This document shows, piece after piece, positions 60,106-64,000 of a DNA stretch of 64,000 bases. Position 1 is the first letter of the stretch. The number at the start of each line of letters is the position of its first letter. The stretch is from positions 51,496-115,495 of the forward strand of contig QCKG01000004.1 in assembly GCA_003215535.1 (NCBI GenBank), written 5' to 3'. The stretch comes from Prochlorococcus sp. AG-409-L18. GTDB lineage: Bacteria > Cyanobacteriota > Cyanobacteriia > PCC-6307 > Cyanobiaceae. The translations under genes and the position numbers were made by a program. Below the pieces are notes generated by a model that saw only the letters and a list, made by a program, of their open reading frames with translations, was not told the DNA's origin and did no database searches.

Positions 60106-62487
60106 TTAACCCCTCGCTCCGCCTGAGAAAGTAACCAGCTGACCATCACGAGTGTTTCCACTAGAACCGGTGATCAAAAAATCTGGTTGCGCAACTTCTT
60201 CGTTTCGCTTCACCTCTGATAAAGGCATAGCGTTCATAGGTCCTGGTCTGGTTGGGTTACGGCGACGCGCAGATGCCCCTTCTGTACCAGTCACTCTCTC
60301 ACCACGAGCCCAATCATCCCCAGTGATATTCAATCCAGCTGATTGTCCTTCACCTGTGATTCTGGATAGTGGTCGCGAGGGTTTAGAAGCCTTGTCAGTA
60401 TTTGATAAGGTTTTGTCAACTTGATCGGATACAGCCTGACGCTGCTTATAACCAAAACGGAACTGTTCAGTACCAGTGATCTTATCTACAGCCATATCAA
60501 AAGGTCCAGTAATTTTAGAACCGTCCTCATAACTTGTGCCAGTAACTCCAGACTGATTTGCACGTTGTACTTGAGCAGCTCTGGCAGGAGACTGAACAGT
60601 GAATTGAGTTCCAAAAGCATTGTCTCCTTTTATTGACTCTGCTTTATCAGAATTATTCATCCCGCATGCTTGAGCAAACTGATCTCCACCTATATAAGGA
60701 GTACCAGTCAATAGTTCGCAAGCACCCTTATCTGCACCGGTCATGACACCACCAACGCCAGGCTGTTGGCCAGTCATAAAAGCACCTGGTGTACCAAGTC
60801 TTTTGGGAGTGCGCTGGTGAATCTCTTCTAAAGCACCGCTATTACACCTTTGGCTAAATTGTTCAACTCCAGCGTAAGGAGTCCCTGTTATAGCTTTACA
60901 TGTACCAGGTTCATCTCCCGTGACCAAATCCGAGCGGCCTGTAAGTGTTCCACTAACAGATTGGGACTTATTAGTGAGACTTAAGCCAACCTTCGCAGCC
61001 TCAGGTTCAGGTTTTCCACCACAAAAAGATTGATATTGCTGTGGTCCAACATATTCATCACCTGTTACACGCTTACAACTACCTGGCTCATTACCAGTGA
61101 CGGACTCGGAACGTGAAACATTTGTACCTGTGACGTCAGAGCCACGAAGTGTATTAAAAGAACCAACCTTTTCTGCTGATCTACCTTCAGGTAGCGGTTC
61201 AGAGCCTAAATACTGATCACCAGTTAATCCTTTATTTGCACCAGCTTCGTCGCCTGTAACTTTTGAAGATCGTCCAACCATTACACCACTAACTTTTCTT
61301 CCATCAAGAGTGAGACTTTCGCCAACTTTACGAGGAGAAGGTTTAACCCCACCACAATATTCAGTTGACTGGTTAGCGGAGATATATTCTGTTCCAGTCA
61401 GGGATTTACATGTACCAGGCTCATCACCTGTAACTCTTTCTGATCGTCCAACTTCGTTTCCTGTGACCTTGTTTCCATGGGTTGTGTTAGTAACAGAAAC
61501 CTTAGAAGGCTGACTAAGGGGTGGATTGGACTGGCAAAAATTGTCAAAGACTTCTGAGCCCAAGTATTGAGTACCCGTTATCGAGCGACAGGTACTTGCT
61601 TCATTACCAGTGGTTTTAACTGATCTATTTGCCTGAGTACCAGTGACTATCTGACCAGAATTTGTTTCACTCACTCCAACCTTCCAATGTGCATCTGCTG
61701 CCTGTGCAGCTTCTTTGGAACCATTCCGCTTAGGACCACAAGGTCTTGTAATAGAAGAGCGTTGTTTACCAGTTGCACCACTTTTGCTACGTAGTTCTCT
61801 AACTCTTTGAGAAAGTTCCCGACTAGTTAGATCAGGGTCACCCTGCCTAGCAACTGATGCTGGAGATGTTGGTTGCTTACCAGCAGTTTTACCATGCTTA
61901 GACTGAGCTTCACGTCGCGCCAAAACCAAAGCTCTACTTGTGTTTTGGACAGCTCGCCTTTTAACAGTTGATCTACGTCCTGTTATTTTAGTAGAAGATA
62001 TATCTCTTACGGTTATCGAATCAGTGGAGGGTTTTGAGGAGTAAGAGCTCACACCATCTCTCTCCTCGCAATCATTACAGCAATATTTAATTGTCGTTTC
62101 AGTTTGAGGAGTGACTTTTGAAGCTTTATTTTCGAGTTCTACTCGTGTCCTGTCCTTACTTTTATCAGCAGACTTACCACGCTTTGAAAGCTCTTGACGT
62201 CGCCTTAGGACAAGCTCACGACTTGGTTGACTTACTCGCTTAACTCTACTCTCAGACAATGAAGAGACGTTAGAGGTAGGTGAGGTGGAGTAAGTATTTT
62301 GAGGGGATGGTCGAAATGATGCCGTTTTAGTCTTAACAAATGATGTCTCAGTCCTAGTAGCACGAGCATCTGAAGCAGATCGCACTCTATTAGGCGTAGA
62401 GCTATCAATTGTTGCAGCCTTTTTCCCTCCTTGACTAAGTGCCTTTCGGCGCTCAAGTACTAGCTCTCGACTGGATTGTTTTGCCAT
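60106..62487 (-). CDS. csoS2: Carboxysome scaffold protein CsoS2
   Basis: 793 aa, basic and repetitive. It has four N-type repeats (SRELVLERRKALSQGGK and similar), six M-type repeats rich in (V/I)(T/S)G triplets with Cys pairs, and a C-terminal region with further xTG repeats. Confidence 0.92.
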   Translation of the reverse strand: MAKQSSRELVLERRKALSQGGKKAATIDSSTPNRVRSASDARATRTETSFVKTKTASFRPSPQNTYSTSPTSNVSSLSESRVKRVSQPSRELVLRRRQELSKRGKSADKSKDRTRVELENKASKVTPQTETTIKYCCNDCEERDGVSSYSSKPSTDSITVRDISSTKITGRRSTVKRRAVQNTSRALVLARREAQSKHGKTAGKQPTSPASVARQGDPDLTSRELSQRVRELRSKSGATGKQRSSITRPCGPKRNGSKEAAQAADAHWKVGVSETNSGQIVTGTQANRSVKTTGNEASTCRSITGTQYLGSEVFDNFCQSNPPLSQPSKVSVTNTTHGNKVTGNEVGRSERVTGDEPGTCKSLTGTEYISANQSTEYCGGVKPSPRKVGESLTLDGRKVSGVMVGRSSKVTGDEAGANKGLTGDQYLGSEPLPEGRSAEKVGSFNTLRGSDVTGTNVSRSESVTGNEPGSCKRVTGDEYVGPQQYQSFCGGKPEPEAAKVGLSLTNKSQSVSGTLTGRSDLVTGDEPGTCKAITGTPYAGVEQFSQRCNSGALEEIHQRTPKRLGTPGAFMTGQQPGVGGVMTGADKGACELLTGTPYIGGDQFAQACGMNNSDKAESIKGDNAFGTQFTVQSPARAAQVQRANQSGVTGTSYEDGSKITGPFDMAVDKITGTEQFRFGYKQRQAVSDQVDKTLSNTDKASKPSRPLSRITGEGQSAGLNITGDDWARGERVTGTEGASARRRNPTRPGPMNAMPLSEVKRNEEVAQPDFLITGSSGNTRDGQLVTFSGGARG

Positions 62488-62544
62488 GTCCGCCCAAAAG
62501 AAACGTCTTGATTAGATAGGGATTAAATCCCCAGAAAAAGAATG

Positions 62545-62573
62545 AATAGCCTCGAAAATTTTTCGAGGCTATT
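62545..62573 (-). terminator. Intra-operon stem-loop between rbcS and csoS2 (possible partial terminator/attenuator)
   Basis: aatagcctcgaaaa (62545-62558) and ttttcgaggctatt (62560-62573) are exact reverse complements. On the transcribed strand the hairpin is followed by cauucuuuuucu. Confidence 0.5.
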
Positions 62574-62591
62574 TACTATTCAGACAAAAAG

Positions 62592-62933
62592 TCAGCGGCC
62601 TTCGAATACAACGAAAGCAGTACCCTGGCTTTGGGTATAGGCGTCGTAGCCAACCATACGCACATGGTGATCGGGGTATGCCCGATGACAAGCTTCGAGC
62701 TCACTGACAACAACGTTTAAATCCTTCTCTCCAAAGAAAGGCAACTTCCAATAAGACCAATAAGTCTGCATGGATCCGCTTGGATGAACGTGCTCAATAA
62801 CAGGGCTCCAACCCTGAGCAATAATGTAAGCAATTTGGTCGTAGATTTCGTCCTGGGTCATCGGCGGTAAGAAGCCGAATGTTTCCAGGGTGGCGACTGT
62901 TTGGTAGTCACCAACTGTGCTCTGGAAAGGCAT
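62592..62933 (-). CDS. rbcS: RuBisCO small subunit (form IA)
   Basis: From ATG 62933 the sequence is MPFQSTVGDYQTVATLETFGFLPPMTQDEIYDQIAYIIAQGWSPVIEH... (113 aa). The 17 upstream codons in the track ORF are rejected. Confidence 0.93.
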   Translation of the reverse strand: MPFQSTVGDYQTVATLETFGFLPPMTQDEIYDQIAYIIAQGWSPVIEHVHPSGSMQTYWSYWKLPFFGEKDLNVVVSELEACHRAYPDHHVRMVGYDAYTQSQGTAFVVFEGR

Positions 62934-63032
62934 GGTGAACCTGGGGGTGTGGATTAAATAGAGGCCGGTTGAATTAACCGACAACTGAAATTACGGAATA
63001 TTTAGAGGAGGCTATACGCCTCCTCTTTGGAG

Positions 63033-64000
63033 TTATGACTGAACGTCCAGCTTGTCGACTGTGTCGAATTCGAACTTGATCTCCTTCCAGGTCTCAAGTG
63101 CGATTGCGAGCTCAGGACTATGTTTAGCGGCTTCCATAAGGATGTCGCGACTTTCCTTCTCGATCTCACGACCTGCATTACGTGCCTTGACGCAAGCTTC
63201 TAGAGCTACACGGTTTGCCGCCGCACCAGCAGCAGAGCCCCATGGGTGACCATGAGTACCACCACCAAATTGGAGACAAGAGTCATCGCCGAAGATCGCA
63301 AGCAAAGCTGGCATATGCCACACGTGAATACCACCAGAGGCAACAGCGAAGACCCCAGGCATTGAACCCCAATCCTGGTCAAAGAAGTTTCCGCGACTAC
63401 GGTCTTCAGGGACAAAGGATTCACGAAGGTTATCTATGTAACCAAGAGTGGTCTGACGATCTCCTTCTAACTTTCCAACAACCGTTCCGGTATGTAATTG
63501 GTCTCCACCTGAGAGTCGCAAACACTTAGCAAGAACACGGAAGTGGATACCATGCTTTGGATGACGGTCAATAACCGCATGCATTGCACGGTGAATGTGA
63601 AGCAGCATTCCGTTCTTACGGCACCAGTTAGCCAAGCCAGTATTGGCTGTAAAGCCACCAGTGATGTAATCGTGCATGATGATTGGCATGTCAAGTTCTT
63701 TAGCGAACTCAGCACGCTCATACATCTCCTCAGGAGTAGTAGCTGTGCAATTAAGGTAATGACCCTTTACTTCTCCAGTTTCTTGTTGGGCAAGCTTTAC
63801 AGCTTCAGCAACGAACTCAAAACGTTCGCGCCAACGTTGGAAAGGCTGTGAGTTGATGTTCTCATCATCCTTAGTAAGGTCGAGACCACCACGCAGGCAC
63901 TCATAAACAACTCGGCCGTAATTCTTACCTGAAAGTCCCAACTTTGGCTTAATTGTGCAGCCAAGGAGTGGGCGACCATACTTATTTAAACGGTCACGCT
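63033..64000 (-). CDS. rbcL: RuBisCO large subunit (form IA), C-terminal about two thirds; the gene runs off the right edge
   Basis: ...[49 protein letters not shown]...[33 protein letters not shown].... The frame stays open past the track's TTG start at 63941. Confidence 0.95.
   Translation of the reverse strand, partial: RDRLNKYGRPLLGCTIKPKLGLSGKNYGRVVYECLRGGLDLTKDDENINSQPFQRWRERFEFVAEAVKLAQQETGEVKGHYLNCTATTPEEMYERAEFAKELDMPIIMHDYITGGFTANTGLANWCRKNGMLLHIHRAMHAVIDRHPKHGIHFRVLAKCLRLSGGDQLHTGTVVGKLEGDRQTTLGYIDNLRESFVPEDRSRGNFFDQDWGSMPGVFAVASGGIHVWHMPALLAIFGDDSCLQFGGGTHGHPWGSAAGAAANRVALEACVKARNAGREIEKESRDILMEAAKHSPELAIALETWKEIKFEFDTVDKLDVQS

Noticed and set aside
62934-62984. 17-codon N-terminal extension of rbcS. 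The same applies to 57994-58056 for csoS1E and 49374-49391 for dnaA.
   Set aside because: The family-typical N-termini begin at the internal ATGs (MPFQS..., MTNSS..., MWSKV...). The extensions overlap upstream genes or have atypical composition.
1-64000. CRISPR arrays, rRNA operons, transposases, integrases, prophage genes, toxin-antitoxin pairs or restriction-modification/defence islands
   Set aside because: None were seen. Nearly every ORF over 60 aa is either assignable to a housekeeping or photosynthesis-related family or is a shadow ORF. No tandem spacer-repeat structure was found in the intergenic regions I read.

Overview
This is an AT-rich, very gene-dense, core-chromosome segment of a marine alpha-cyanobacterium. 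It looks most like a low-light-adapted Prochlorococcus. That inference rests on an alpha-carboxysome with form IA RuBisCO, csoS1E, cbbX, ndhD/ndhL, petE, a cyAbrB regulator, Nif11-domain proteins, and compact overlapping genes. I call about 66 protein-coding genes and one tRNA-Leu(UAA). I see no rRNA, CRISPR array, transposase, integrase, phage genes or recognisable defence genes.

From left to right the window contains:
- menD (partial, absent from the ORF track) and lepB.
- An mntCAB-type metal ABC importer.
- trpS, thrS, glk, thrB, ndhD and prlC.
- A proA-folB-hydrolase operon and a ROK kinase.
- A giant TamB-like protein.
- glgB, hemE, an SDR gene and petE.
- clpB, queD/hisIE and a sigma-70 factor.
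- trpA, ndhL and tRNA-Leu.
- pyrC, gor and dnaA.
- A DUF2064/GT2 pair, an ABC exporter, hisG, gloB and ridA.
- On the minus strand, the alpha-carboxysome super-operon: rbcL (partial), rbcS, csoS2, csoSCA, csoS4A, csoS4B, csoS1E, acRAF and cbbX.

I do not find convincing evidence for a wholly new multi-gene system. The items most worth a second look are:
- A 29-bp perfect inverted repeat between a cyAbrB regulator gene and trpA.
- Two conserved genes (tamB-like and menD) whose essential N-termini lie upstream of any ATG/GTG/TTG codon.
- A red-type activase homolog (cbbX) and acRAF fused onto a green-type carboxysome operon.
- A CsoS1E shell paralog with a long disordered N-terminal arm.
- Two Nif11-domain proteins, one an orphan leader-like peptide and one a cupin fusion.
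- An RGG-rich protein and a possible 45-codon small ORF beside dnaA.

All functional calls come from motif and family recognition by eye. No database search was run.
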